A stretch of 62,892 bases of DNA, counting the filler, from Choristocarpus tenellus KU-1152 (lineage: Eukaryota; Protista; Phaeophyceae), in NCBI GenBank assembly GCA_964200185.2. It is 9 parts of 9 records of this genome, joined end to end, with 100 filler letters (N's around TTAATTAATTAA, not from the genome) between each part and the next. Parts side by side here need not be neighbours in the genome. Positions count along the whole stretch, not along the records: positions 21,863 to 26,919 come from CAXNAD020012013.1; positions 27,020 to 34,257 come from CAXNAD020006484.1; positions 34,358 to 37,284 come from CAXNAD020023593.1; positions 37,385 to 48,410 come from CAXNAD020002558.1; 5 more parts are not named here. One strand, given 5' to 3'. Numbering within the stretch: position 1 is the first letter of the stretch; each line of letters starts with the position of its first letter. Under the pieces are notes generated by a model that was not told where the DNA came from, did no database searches, and worked only from the letters and a program-made list of their open reading frames with translations. A program made the translations under genes and the position numbers. Positions 26,667-37,931 of the stretch are shown piece by piece.

Positions 26667-27464
26667 TTTTGTCTTCTGGATGGGTACTTTTCTGCTTGTA
26701 TGTATGATTGTACACACCACATGCAAGTTTGTTCGTGATTTACGAACGAGGTGACAGCAGTGAGGCATGCGGCTGCCGCATTCAAAATTCTCGCGCAACA
26801 ATAGTCAGTGCAGTTCTATAGATACATATAAAAGCAACCTCATAAAGGTAAGCATCGCATTCCAACAACTTAGAGACCCAAAGTATCTGGGAGGGGGGGG
26901 GGGGCTACACCAGGGGGTCNNNNNNNNNNNNNNNNNNNNNNNNNNNNNNNNNNNNNNNNNNNNTTAATTAATTAANNNNNNNNNNNNNNNNNNNNNNNNN
27001 NNNNNNNNNNNNNNNNNNNCTCTCCCAACCCCCAAAGGCCAGCCGCCCCCCCCCCCCCCAACCGTAAGGCAGGGTCAAAAACGGACCCCGGCCCCCCCCC
27101 CCCCCCCCCCCCCCCCAGATACTTTGACCCAAGTGTCGGATTTCGAGTCTGTTCAAACTGGACTATTGGTTTATGTATGTGGTCGTGCAGTTACGATAAA
27201 GATTAAGAGATATGGGTTAGGTTGTTCCAGGGCTGGATATTGGTTTGTTTGGTTGTATGAGTGGGATTTATTTGACATGTAAAGGTTGTCGGTTAGGGTG
27301 TGTTTTCCCACTGCTGGATGAGGAATTGCAAAAAAGAATATGGGTTGTTGGGAGGTTGTTTTTTTCATTTATTTGCTTGCATGAGTCGTGCCCGGTGTGT
27401 ACTGAAAGAGGACTGTCAGTTTGGGCATGTTCTCCTGGTGTGTGCACGACGAACAAAAAATATA

Positions 27465-27782
27465 GAGTCAAAGTATCTTAGAGGGTAGAGCGCTGTCCAT
27501 TTGGGGGTCAAAATCCAATGTTGTGACTTTGATGTAATTTTATGTATCGTGTTTGTTAGGAAGTGTCAATTATCCAATGTTGTGATTTTGATGTAATTTT
27601 ACCTATTGTGTTCGTTAGGAAGTGCCGATATCCTTGTTCCAGACACACCTTTCCATATCATACACATTTTACCTACTCCAAAACATTTTCGAGTAGGAAA
27701 ATGTAATAAAAAAACCCATGAGGAGCCAAGCACCAAAGGGACAAACAGGGCAAAACTCCTACCCTCTAAGATACTTTCACTC
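27465..27782. mobile_element. MITE family A with internal ~60-bp duplication
   Basis: GAGTCAAAGTATCTTAGAGGGTAG...CTACCCTCTAAGATACTTTCACTC; flanks TATA/TACA; the ATCCAATGTTGTG...GTTAGGAAGTG segment occurs twice. Confidence 0.92.
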
Positions 27783-28649
27783 TACAGTATGTACAGCAGT
27801 TTAAATGTAATACTTCGTTTATTTGCGTGCATGTGTTGGATTTAGTATGTAATAAGATGTGGTTGTCGCTGAGGGTGTTAAGGTTGAAATTGTTGGTATG
27901 AAGGAAGGGGAAAAGGTCAGGTTTTGTTTTCGGGTTAATGCATTATATCTCTCATGTAAGGTGTGGACGGAATCTGGAGGTGTATACGAGCGGTTATTGG
28001 TCAAGGTCTATTGTCTTACGTTTTTCTGAAAGTAGTTCAAGGTGCACTTCCAGAGGTCCTGGGTTGGTGCTGTGCTTAGGAGCATCGTTCGTGGACTTCG
28101 ATATATGATCCTCCAAGATTCGAAGGAGGACGAGATCGGTTCTAGTTTGTTGACACTTGGACAAAGCATGAGATGGTGCGTAGAGTATTGAGAAGAAGGG
28201 GGGAGGTGCGTCATAGTGTTCAAGGAATAAATAGCTGCTTTGAGAAGGACAGGGTACCCATCGCTCGGCCTGGCGAATTGTTTGGAAAGGTTATTTGAGA
28301 AGATGGAGAAGAATTGTTTGATGTATTATATTTTAGTTGTCTTAACCTTGTAGAAGACACGTTATTTTAAAGTAAGAATAACACAGGTCTAATCCTCAAC
28401 GTGAGCATGATACATAATATGCTGACGACGACTCTGACTGGTAGCAATGTATCCGTTACCACTGTCAAAATGCGTAACTCATCGAATGGGAAGTGCAGGA
28501 ACGTTGTACTCGGACACAAAGTTACAGGTACACTGATTTGAGCATCAATGTACCTGCAACTCTACCCGTACTTCAACAAAAAACTGAAACGTCTGAATCC
28601 CTATTTCAATTGGTGGGTGGACTCGAAATTGCATTCGTCACCCTTCTCC

Positions 28650-30082
28650 CACCACTCTGTGAGCTTAGGGTATGCGATTGGCAAGAAGGTGCCATAGGTT
28701 TAGGCGTGTGGAGTATCTGGCGTTCCAAGGTTCGGGCCTCACGAGGCTCAAGAAGATAGCCTTCCTCGCCTGGAGTGCTTCCACATGCTCGGGACGCAAC
28801 GTGTTACCTGGCTTCCCTCCACGATCGCCGAGTTTAACTTGTGTGGGCTTGTGGACGTAGCATTCATCCCCGAAAACAAGAGAATCCGCCCCTTTACCAG
28901 CCTTGCTGATCCGGAACCCGTGGTCGTATATGACCTGGTTGACTATTTGAGTCTGCACTCGATATTGTGCAGAAGCAGGTTTCGTTGCCGATCGTAGGAG
29001 CTCGGTAACGCACGCCTCCATGAAGGCTTCGGTGATCCCCACATCGGATGCATCGCTGGAGTCGGCCGCGTCCTGTGTGACGCAATCGTCATTACCATGA
29101 GATGATCTTTCGTCGTCATGGTCGTACCTCGATGTAGACGAAGGCATATTTATCGCGTATCTGCCCATTTTGGTGGGAGCGGAGGCGTCTGTGAAGAAGG
29201 CAGGTTCCAAAGAGCGCTCAAATCAGTACCACGAGGCTGTCTGAATGGTCTCGTCCGTCTAGCACCTTCTCTCATCCTCTTCTTCCTATCTAGAATGCTT
29301 TTCCCCTCCCCTTTGCCCTTCTTGGAAGGCCTGTCCCTCGGGGTTGGGGTGGGATGGCCATGGGCACGGTTCTCACTTCGCCTCACAGTATGGTTGTAGG
29401 TCTGCCTCGGCACTTGGGACTCGTCACCGCCGCTGCCCACCGAATGGGTGTTTGGGGACATTCTAGGGTCACTTCCCCAAGGTGTGGACTCTTGAGTCTA
29501 CGCCTGAACGCCCACTCACATCCTCCTCTATAAGTTCCTCTGGAGCTGAGAAAGCTTGGGAAAAAGTTGGTCCCCATCGTCTTTGGAATCTTCTATCACA
29601 AAAACACCCCGTGGTCTGTGTCCAGGTTGCCATTGGCAATGTAGTTTTCAAGTAGCTCCCTAGGGTGTACAGTAGAGGGCACGTTTACCCTGCGCATGTC
29701 GATGTTGAAGTCGCTTGTGGTTTTCCATCTCAAGCACAGTGAAAACGGTTGCCCACTCAGCATCCCCGCAAGCCTATCGGCGGCGACCTGTGGGTCCGGC
29801 CCCAGCTTCGGCAACATGGACTCCACTCGTTGTTAAAAAGGTTCGCGTTGTACCTCTGTGTCAAGAAGTCAGATGTGATGAGGTCCATCGTACACGTCGC
29901 ACTGAGGTTAGAGGTGACCAGGTCTGTGGTCTTGTGGCGTTCATTATTTTTTGGCCTGTGACCGGCTGTCTGTGAAGGTAGAGGGGGAAATGTTAGGACA
30001 ACGGTTTCAGCTAAGGAGAAGGATATAGACGTGGGGTGGAAGCTATTGTTAGCCCAGCACAGGAAGGGTGTATTTGTACAAA
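28650..30082 (-). pseudogene. Disrupted gene of unknown family (paralog 1 of an inverted pair)
   Basis: ESMLPKLGPDPQVAADRLAGMLSGQPFSLCLRWKT...DMRRVNVPS, preceded by an intron acceptor. Further open frames at 28665-29461; frameshift near 29830. Confidence 0.55.
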
Positions 30083-30323
30083 CAGTGATGGACTATGTGA
30101 TTAATGGTGACGGGATCTGTACGGAGTGCAAGGTTTGTGTCCATGCGTGGGCTATGCAAACGTGATATGAAAAGGGCATAGCGATGCTGTGGACATGAGG
30201 ACGGCATAGCGCTTTCTTTGAAGGACGCTATTTGCTAATATATATCGAACGGTAAACCCGGTCGACATGGGATGAATATTGAATATGAGAACGCACCAAT
30301 ACCGTACGCAGATGGGAAGGACT

Positions 30324-30785
30324 TACACGCCGACCAAGGTAACCTGTAGAGAGAGGGCAATCATGCACAGGTTTGTGCTTGACATAGGGCAGATAGTAAT
30401 GAATGAATTTGATGTGTTCAGTTGAACGGTAAAGGCCATCAATTTCCAAAGCGCGGCAAGATGGTTGGGGGTGTGTGTGTCGATCTGAAATAGTAATCCT
30501 GAGCAGGAAAACATTACGTCGAATCTCGAAAGTGAAGGATGAAGATGAGAGGAATTTACACGCCGACCCGGGTTAGATGTCGGGAGGGCAACCATGCATA
30601 GGTTTATGCTTGACATGGGGCAGACAGTAGTGAATTGATTTGATGTGTTCTGTCGAATGGTAAAGGCCATCAATTTCCAAAGCGCGGCAAGACGGTTGGG
30701 GGGTGTGTATTTCAATTTGAAACAAGAATCCTGAGCAGAAAAACAGTGCGCCGAACCGCAGAAGTGAAAGCATGAATGCACCAGT
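30324..30785. repeat. Tandem repeat, 233-bp period, 2 copies plus partials
   Basis: Units start TACACGCCGACC at 30324 and 30557. The core TTTGATGTGTTC..GGTAAAGGCCATCAATTTCCAAAG recurs partially at ~30828-30872 and 33043-33115. Confidence 0.9.
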
Positions 30786-31292
30786 TTGATACGTACATGT
30801 CGATTTTGGAACGTACTTCTAAGCGCAAATTTGCTATGTTCTGTCGGTCGGTAGAAGCGATCAACTTCTAAGTTTAGGGTTAGCGGGGTTTTTGGACTAA
30901 GATACGCGCGCGTGATAATACCATTGTTCGAGTTGTATCGAGATTGCATTTCCAGGCGATACGAACCTTATCGGAAAGGTTCCAATGGTATCGGAGCCCT
31001 TACACATGCGTATCAAAGGTGTCACCACGTCACCCTGGTCAGACGGATGTTGTTGTGCGTGTAATTGCATCGTGGAAATCTTGCTTCTATTTCGGATCAG
31101 TTTCTGATTACTCCCAACATATGTGACTGCAACACATGTTCCAATTTCGGAAAAAGGCTTGGTCAAATTCGCTGTAATCAATTCAGATGAAAGCCGCTGA
31201 ATTGATTCTATGTTGACATGTTCGATGCAAGGTGAAATCTGTAAAGTGGCGGATTGGGATCAGTGTTCGAAATGTAGGCAATTTATTTGGTG

Positions 31293-32350
31293 CTTGTACA
31301 AAAACACCCTTGCTGTGCTCGCCTAACAATAGTATCCACCCCTACGTTGATATCCTTCTCCTTTGCTGATACCATTGTCCTAACATTTTCCCCCCTACCT
31401 TTACAGGCAGTTGGCTGAAGGACCAAGGAATCATGAAGACCAGAAGACGACAGACTTGATTACGTCAAACCTCAGCGCACGTACAATGGACCTGGCCACA
31501 TCTGACTTCTTGTCACAGAGGTACAACACCAAACTTCTTGACAACGGTAGAGTGGAGTCTATGTTCTCAAAGCTGGGGCCGGACAAACAAGTTTCTGCCG
31601 ATAGGCTTGCGGGGATCCTGAGTGGGCAACCTTTTTCACTGTGCTCGAGATGGCTAACCATAAGCAACTTCAAAGCCGACATGCGCAGGGCAAACGTGCC
31701 CTCTAGTGTGCCCGATGGCGAACTACTTGCAAACTACATCGTCAACGGTAACCCGATGTAAACGAGAATGGCAACGATAGGGAGAACGGCGACAATGACA
31801 ACCTCTTATTTTGCCTGAATGGACAACACAGCATAATAGTGCTGAGGACAATCGAATGTGTCGCGAAGGAGGATAATGTCCCATGTGGCATCAACCTTCC
31901 AGCCCATGTCACAACGTGATGGGCCTTGGACGTCGGAGCCAACCTCCAGATTGGTGATCATAGGAACTTCATGTGGAAGATCTATCCACACTGCAGCCGC
32001 GAAAAGGCTGAATCTATTTCGATAGGAGAGAGTGTGGTGGCCAGTAGGTCGCATGGGCCCAATATTCTCGACATATTCCACTGGATGGTGTCTTGGGTTG
32101 CCACTATTCTGGAGTATAGGCGCGATTTCAGTTGCGACAGGTCCCACCCCTACATCCGGGAAACGGAAGAGGACTCTGATTGTTTCAAGCGCATGGCGAC
32201 ATTGGTCTCCAGGTGCAACCAATACTGTCTAGGACACATTGACTTCCGGAGTGCCGACACCGCGTTACATACGGCTTTTAAGAGGAGGGTAGCTGCCAAG
32301 ATAAAGGCATTTCTCAAAGAAGCTTGGGAGGACACACATGGAAGCAGGGG
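31293..32350 (+). pseudogene. Disrupted gene of unknown family (paralog 2 of an inverted pair)
   Basis: Branch point/acceptor CTAAC...TTTACAG, then ESMFSKLGPDKQVSADRLAGILSGQPFSLCSRWLT...DMRRANVPS. Next open frame 31926-32350 ends at a GTGAGT donor. Confidence 0.55.
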
Positions 32351-33941
32351 TGAGTAGACTCACCGACCAAACCTCCGTCCAGTTCTTCAACGTGATCACC
32401 ACCCTTGTCTACATATGCGCAGGAGAAGGTGGGATTCTCACGACTCCTTCCACAAGAAACAATTCGTGAAATGATTGTGAAGCATCGCCTACTTTTCGTC
32501 GCCCATACCCATATTAATTCCGCTTCAATGATCCAACCAACCCGATCCCTTTCTTCCCCTCACTGTTTTCCACCAGAGACAAAACAACTGGAGGAGATCC
32601 TTCTCGGTGTGTGGAGAGAGCACAAGAAGTGCGACGGGTCAAGTGTAAGCGTGGTGCAGCCATCCCTACATTTGTACATCCAATACCCCATCACTAACGG
32701 TCCAACAATACCGTAGTAACCCCTGCCTTCACATACTGAGCTTGAATTGACATTTTATACATGTGTATTGCTATCGACCTTATGACATACGCCATTAGCC
32801 AACAGACCCACTCCCACTCCCACGTTCTTCTGTCCTGATCATGCGACCTTATCCTCCACACACCGAACGCGCACCTGACTAGGACAATTTTGACTTTAGA
32901 GCGGTTCACATGTTCACTGTGCTGTGGTACGCTAACCTGGACCCCGACATTGAACCCCTCAAGAACAGCGGGGGGTTCACACATACCTACAAGTTGAAGG
33001 TGGATTAACATTCCAACTATATTGTCCCCACACGACGCCACACTTGACATCGGGCAGACAGTAATGAAGGAATTTGATGTGTTCTGTCGAACGGTAAAGG
33101 CCATCAGTTTCCAAAGAACTCTAAGTCCATAGGGTTCTGCTGTGTCACGCGCATCCCCTGGTAACCCTTCTCTGATCGATTCACTGTTAACCCTAAATCC
33201 TCCACATCCTCAAAGCTTGTTCTTTACCGGTCTCCTAACGACACAACCTCGCACATTTGATGTACATGTAGCTCACAGACGAGGTCAAAGGGCAGTATTT
33301 TGCGTGCACTGATGTCCTCGCTGGAGCCGACTTAGCCATCCTCAGAGGGGAGACCCCTCAAGACCATCGCTGGCGCGACGTTGTCGAGGTGACTGCCCAC
33401 GTCTTCTCATAACAGGCTGCCAAAAAATTGCCTACTGACGCGCTCTCGTTGACGTATGTTGTTGGGACGGAGACATTTCCAGAGGAATGGGTAAGTCAGT
33501 CTTTGACCGTAACGATTCAACTAACGTATGGATATATATGCATATACCCCCCTGCTGACCCTGCAATAGTCGCAATGTTTACCATCTAGTTCGTGCCTTG
33601 CGAGACAGACACCCATGTCATGCATGTGACTTACCGTTCCACTACCCATGTGCTTCTCCATGACAGTTCTCCTACACTCTAAGCGGCGTCTGGGACAAAC
33701 AGCCCCCAGCCGACCAGGACAAAGGAAAGAAAAAGACAAGAGGAAAACAGACCAGGGGTCAGCGACCCAGACCCTGCGTCTGCCACCCGGACCGAGGAGG
33801 AGTGAGCATCCCAACCATGGAAAGTCCAATTGGCATATACATAAGACGTATGCACACGAAGAATGTCCTCATTAAGAGGGCTGTCCTGGAGTTCGTCATA
33901 CAAGTCATGAACCCTGACCAGGAAAAGTGCATTTATATTAT

Positions 33942-33998
33942 GAGTCAAAGTATCTTAGAGGGTAGAGCCGCGTCCATTTGGGGAAAAAATCCAATGTT
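33942..33998. mobile_element. MITE family A left end only
   Basis: GAGTCAAAGTATCTTAGAGGGTAGAGCCGCGTCCATTTGGGG, then switches to a different repeat. Confidence 0.8.
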
Positions 33999-34577
33999 CC
34001 GATATCTCTTATTCTTCATCGTAGCTGCACGACCAACATACATAAACCAATAATCCAGTTTGAACAGATTCGAAATCCGATAAATGCAAACGTCTAAACT
34101 CCTAACCAAACCCAAATAAATAGTGGCATATATTCCCATTCCTCTTGCGTACACAAGGACAGAAAGGAACCTAATCAACAGTCTTCTCTTTTTTGCTGAC
34201 ATTTCAAATCCGACACGTGCGACCAAATCACACCAAAAAGTGAAAATCGAAAAAAGGNNNNNNNNNNNNNNNNNNNNNNNNNNNNNNNNNNNNNNNNNNN
34301 NTTAATTAATTAANNNNNNNNNNNNNNNNNNNNNNNNNNNNNNNNNNNNNNNNNNNNACCCCAAATGGACAGCCGCCACACCCCCTCCCAGATATTTTGA
34401 GCCTGTTACATGTCCTGCTTGTGGCAACTCTTGGTATGCTTACCTTGAATGTTTACCGTGTTGGGTCTTATTTACTCTCTCTACTACATCTGAGGCTGCC
34501 CTGCACAACAATTCCCTAGCTTCTTCTTGAACTCTTATCCCTACAATGTCCGGGGAACCAGATTCTGCAAGGCACCC

Positions 34578-36253
34578 CTATTTCTGCCCGATCCTAGTTC
34601 GTTTCTCCCCGGGTTCAGGGTGGTCTTGGGAGTCCTTTGACGTCGACTGCATTTGATGTGAAGACTCTGTTAGTCGTGAGGTTATGGGAGACACCAACTG
34701 GTTAAATGACTTGTCCGTATCTTGATTTCGGCGGTCTCTTCTGGTCAGATGTTCACGGGTCTTCCTGGAGGGGTGGTAATTGTTGCCCTCAGGATTGTTC
34801 GAACAGTCCTCCGTCGCATGTTCCCTCTTTGATCTTGCACTACACCCTTCGAATTCACATACTGGGCGGGTATCAGCGGGCTCGGGGAAGGTTTGGGAAA
34901 ATGTTTGCGGAGGTTTGTCAGGCCCATTTGTTCGTCTTTTCACTTTCAGGTGTCGGATTTCGGCATTGGCCCTTTCTAGCTCGCCTGCGAGGGTCTTTGC
35001 TACTGTCAATAGCGGGGCCAGGTCAGAGGGTCGTAAGTCTGTTGGGTGTAAATTTCCCTAGTTAAACTCGACATTGCAGATGCTTGGCCAACCGCTGCAT
35101 CAACTAATTCCGCGAAATTTTCGTAACGCTGAGGATTCGATTGCAAAGCTCCTAGAATAGCAGGTAAAACACCGACGTTGAACACGCAGTATCGGAGTCT
35201 GTCCGTCAGAAGGGAAATCAGGGTGGTGGGGGTCAGGTCAATAGGATCGAGGTCACCTCTGTCATGTGGGTGGACTCTCAACTCACGTACAAAGGAATCG
35301 ATTGACTCAATTACCCGTCTTGCAAATGCCCGAACATTCTCCTTCGGTTCCTGCCGAATATCAATCAAATCGTGAAACGTTCTGTCTAGCGGATTTGGTA
35401 CAGAAAATTCCTTCAGGCTTGCCGCAACAAATTCCTCCCAAGAGGCTGCATTCAATGTTTCATAAAACAAACGAACACTTGCTTGGTCGGGACTGGTACC
35501 TCTAGGAATTTGATGTTGGAACAGGCACATGCGCATATCTCCAAGAATTTGTTCGTATGTGGGAATTTGGTTTGCTTCTATGGACGATTTATTCACCATA
35601 GCAATAGCGCCTACTCGATTTTTGAAAATCATGAGCAACTTTCCGAAATTGGCTACGGGGGGACAACCTTGTTCCTGAACGTCCCAAAAATGCATGGGGG
35701 GTAAGTCTTTATGTGAAGGATACTTCACAACCAAGGGGTTACCGTGGGGGTGGTCAGAAACAGGCGTGTTGTTTGAATCTGCACATGTATTACTCATCTT
35801 CATGTTTAATGTCTGCATTGCCGCAGCCACCAAACCTTGGTCGTGTGGGGTCCCCTCCATAGCTTCATCCACGATCTTCTTGGCGTAGACAAGCTGGCGG
35901 TTCATGTACGTTTGGATATCAAACGTCGCCACCGCACTGTCTTCGACTTACTCTTCTTGGTCCTCACCCAGCACGCTGTACCGGTTCAGGCCCGGATTAC
36001 GGGCAGGGCCTTCCCTCAGCCTCTGCGCCGCCATCCCTTCCTGCTCTGGCGGGTCACCAGGGATGCCTCTGTCTACAGAAATAGACACGGGACTCGGTTG
36101 AGGTTGGGTGTTTATACTACCCCCCTCATTACCTCCTTCGGTTGTTGGCGTTGCATGGGTCGTCTTCTTCTTCCCGTTGCGAGTTGCGGATTTCTCTTTG
36201 GTATTGCTGGTGGTGTGTGATGTTGCAGCAGGTGTGGGGGTAGTAGTGTCCAT
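34578..36253 (-). mobile_element. Ty3/Gypsy-like retrotransposon gag, disrupted
   Basis: ORF 35006-35932 has a retrotransposon-gag signature (SWEEFVAASLKEFS...DIRQEPKENVRAFARR). Upstream low-complexity ORF 35948-36253 and downstream frameshifted ORF with a C-X4-C-X7-H-X4-C knuckle. Confidence 0.75.
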
Positions 36254-36359
36254 AACGTGGCGTGAGTTAGCTCCCCTTCAACACTAGGCGTGAGTACCAC
36301 TGTGGATGTGTCAAAGGTGCCAAGTTCTCTGCTCAAGGGCGCAATCACAATCACCAGAA

Positions 36360-36710
36360 TGAAACTCCTTCACCTCAGAGGTTGGGACCGAGTTTCAAGG
36401 TCTTGGCTCTAATCTCAGATCAGTAAATCCAGAACAAAACAACACCTTCAGAACACGACAGATGTTCCAGAATGACTGAGCAACGTCACAGCAAAGAAAT
36501 GGATTTGTCAGAATCGGAATGGTTCTTCGTTCTGAGGGTCCATTTTGGCTGTTTGGTAAAATCCGGATCTCATGGGTGTGATTGTTTCTTTGGACTGGTA
36601 GGTATGGATGAGCTCAAATGACGTGTTTGGCATGCGCTATTGTATATGACCGTGCGTCTTATACATAACGTGTGTGTCGGAGATCCCCAAAAAGGAATCT
36701 GTCCCTGACA
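36360..36710 (-). mobile_element. Possible 5' LTR of the Gypsy-like gag element
   Basis: Minus strand begins TGTCAGGGACAGATTCC (related motif at ~41855-41880) and ends GTTTCA, followed by TTC TGGTGA (PBS-like). Confidence 0.35.
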
Positions 36711-37166
36711 TTACAATTGTTCTCGCATCGCTTTGTAAAATATATAACCTGAAAAAATGGCCACGGCAGTATTGCTTTCCTTGCTGTTTGTTCTAATATA
36801 TAATGCAATTATGCCAATAATCTTTTTGCAAGATGTTACTTTAAACTAAATCATCGGAATACAATGGAAAAATCAGTAATACACATATATAAAGAAATGT
36901 ATTTCATGCCCTCTGCTAAAATACTAAGAGCTGATAGTAGAAAACATATCATTTAGTTAATAAATTTTACAGGCATTAGTGTCAAGTGTATTGGTACCAG
37001 ACTTAGCAAAATGATCAGTTGAAAAACTATAATCGAATTTTGTACATATTAGGTATTTTGATTTTTCCTGTATTTTTTACTCTGGAAATGATTTTGTTTC
37101 TATTATGTTCAGTCCATGCTCATTAACCACAGACCAAAATCTGTTCCGTTCACGAATTGCTCTATA

Positions 37167-37219
37167 TGCTAAGTTTGTGTGCTTTGCACACGTGAGTTCG
37201 AATCTCAACGGTGTCGCCA
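37167..37219 (+). pseudogene. 3' two-thirds of a tRNA-Ser(GCT) with encoded CCA, fused to an antisense LTR
   Basis: TGCTAA anticodon loop, GTTTG stem, variable arm GTGC-TTT-GCAC, T-arm GTGAG-TTCGAAT-CTCAA, acceptor CGGTGTC-G-CCA. Confidence 0.85.
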
Positions 37220-37220
37220 A

Positions 37221-37284
37221 TGTGAATCATGTGATTCTGTGGCGGCGTGGTTCACTCAGGCAAGGGTGGTGAAGAGAATCACCG
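37221..37284 (-). mobile_element. LTR 3' end (…GATTCACA), truncated by gap
   Basis: Minus strand reads ...GATTCACA T TGGCGACACCG, a canonical LTR-PBS junction; same family as 52537-52930. Confidence 0.8.
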
Positions 37285-37931
37285 NNNNNNNNNNNNNNNN
37301 NNNNNNNNNNNNNNNNNNNNNNNNNNNNTTAATTAATTAANNNNNNNNNNNNNNNNNNNNNNNNNNNNNNNNNNNNNNNNNNNNGGGGGGGGGGGGGTGA
37401 GTGTGGTTGGGTCTGGGGGGGTGGGGGGGGGGGGGAGTATTTTATTGTTCTAGTATTTGAACAGCTACTTACGTAATAAACAAAAGGAGATGGTGGTGTG
37501 ATTGAGTAGAATGTATTCAAGGTGGATAGATGAGGTGTGGCAACTTTCAGTTGCTCAGACTACTGCTTTTGGCACTTGAAAAAATCATGTGAAGGTTGAA
37601 ACTTATTTAAGTGTATTACCTATAGAGTTAGACCCGCACTCTTATCATCCTTGCTACTGTTGTGTGCATGAAAAAAATGGTCTTTCTTGTGCAAGTAGTG
37701 GCATGGGGGGGAGCATTGGAGAGATGCAACAAGGTGTGCTGACTTACTGTCTGCAGTGCATGTACTTGCTTGGACATTTTGGTTTCATTTTGTGGGTGGC
37801 AGGGGGGGTGCTACTAGATTGACTTTTGCCTTGTTTTCGAAAAGTGCATGCAGATGCTGATTCTCAGTTTTCATATTGTGTACAGCAGTGCAGCAGTAGT
37901 GGTTCACATACACCTTACCTGTTGTTAACAG

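Noticed and set aside
27800-28340. Possible LINE C-terminal zinc finger (STHHLMLCP); similar hint at 61480-61740
   Set aside because: A single short motif only; insufficient to annotate.
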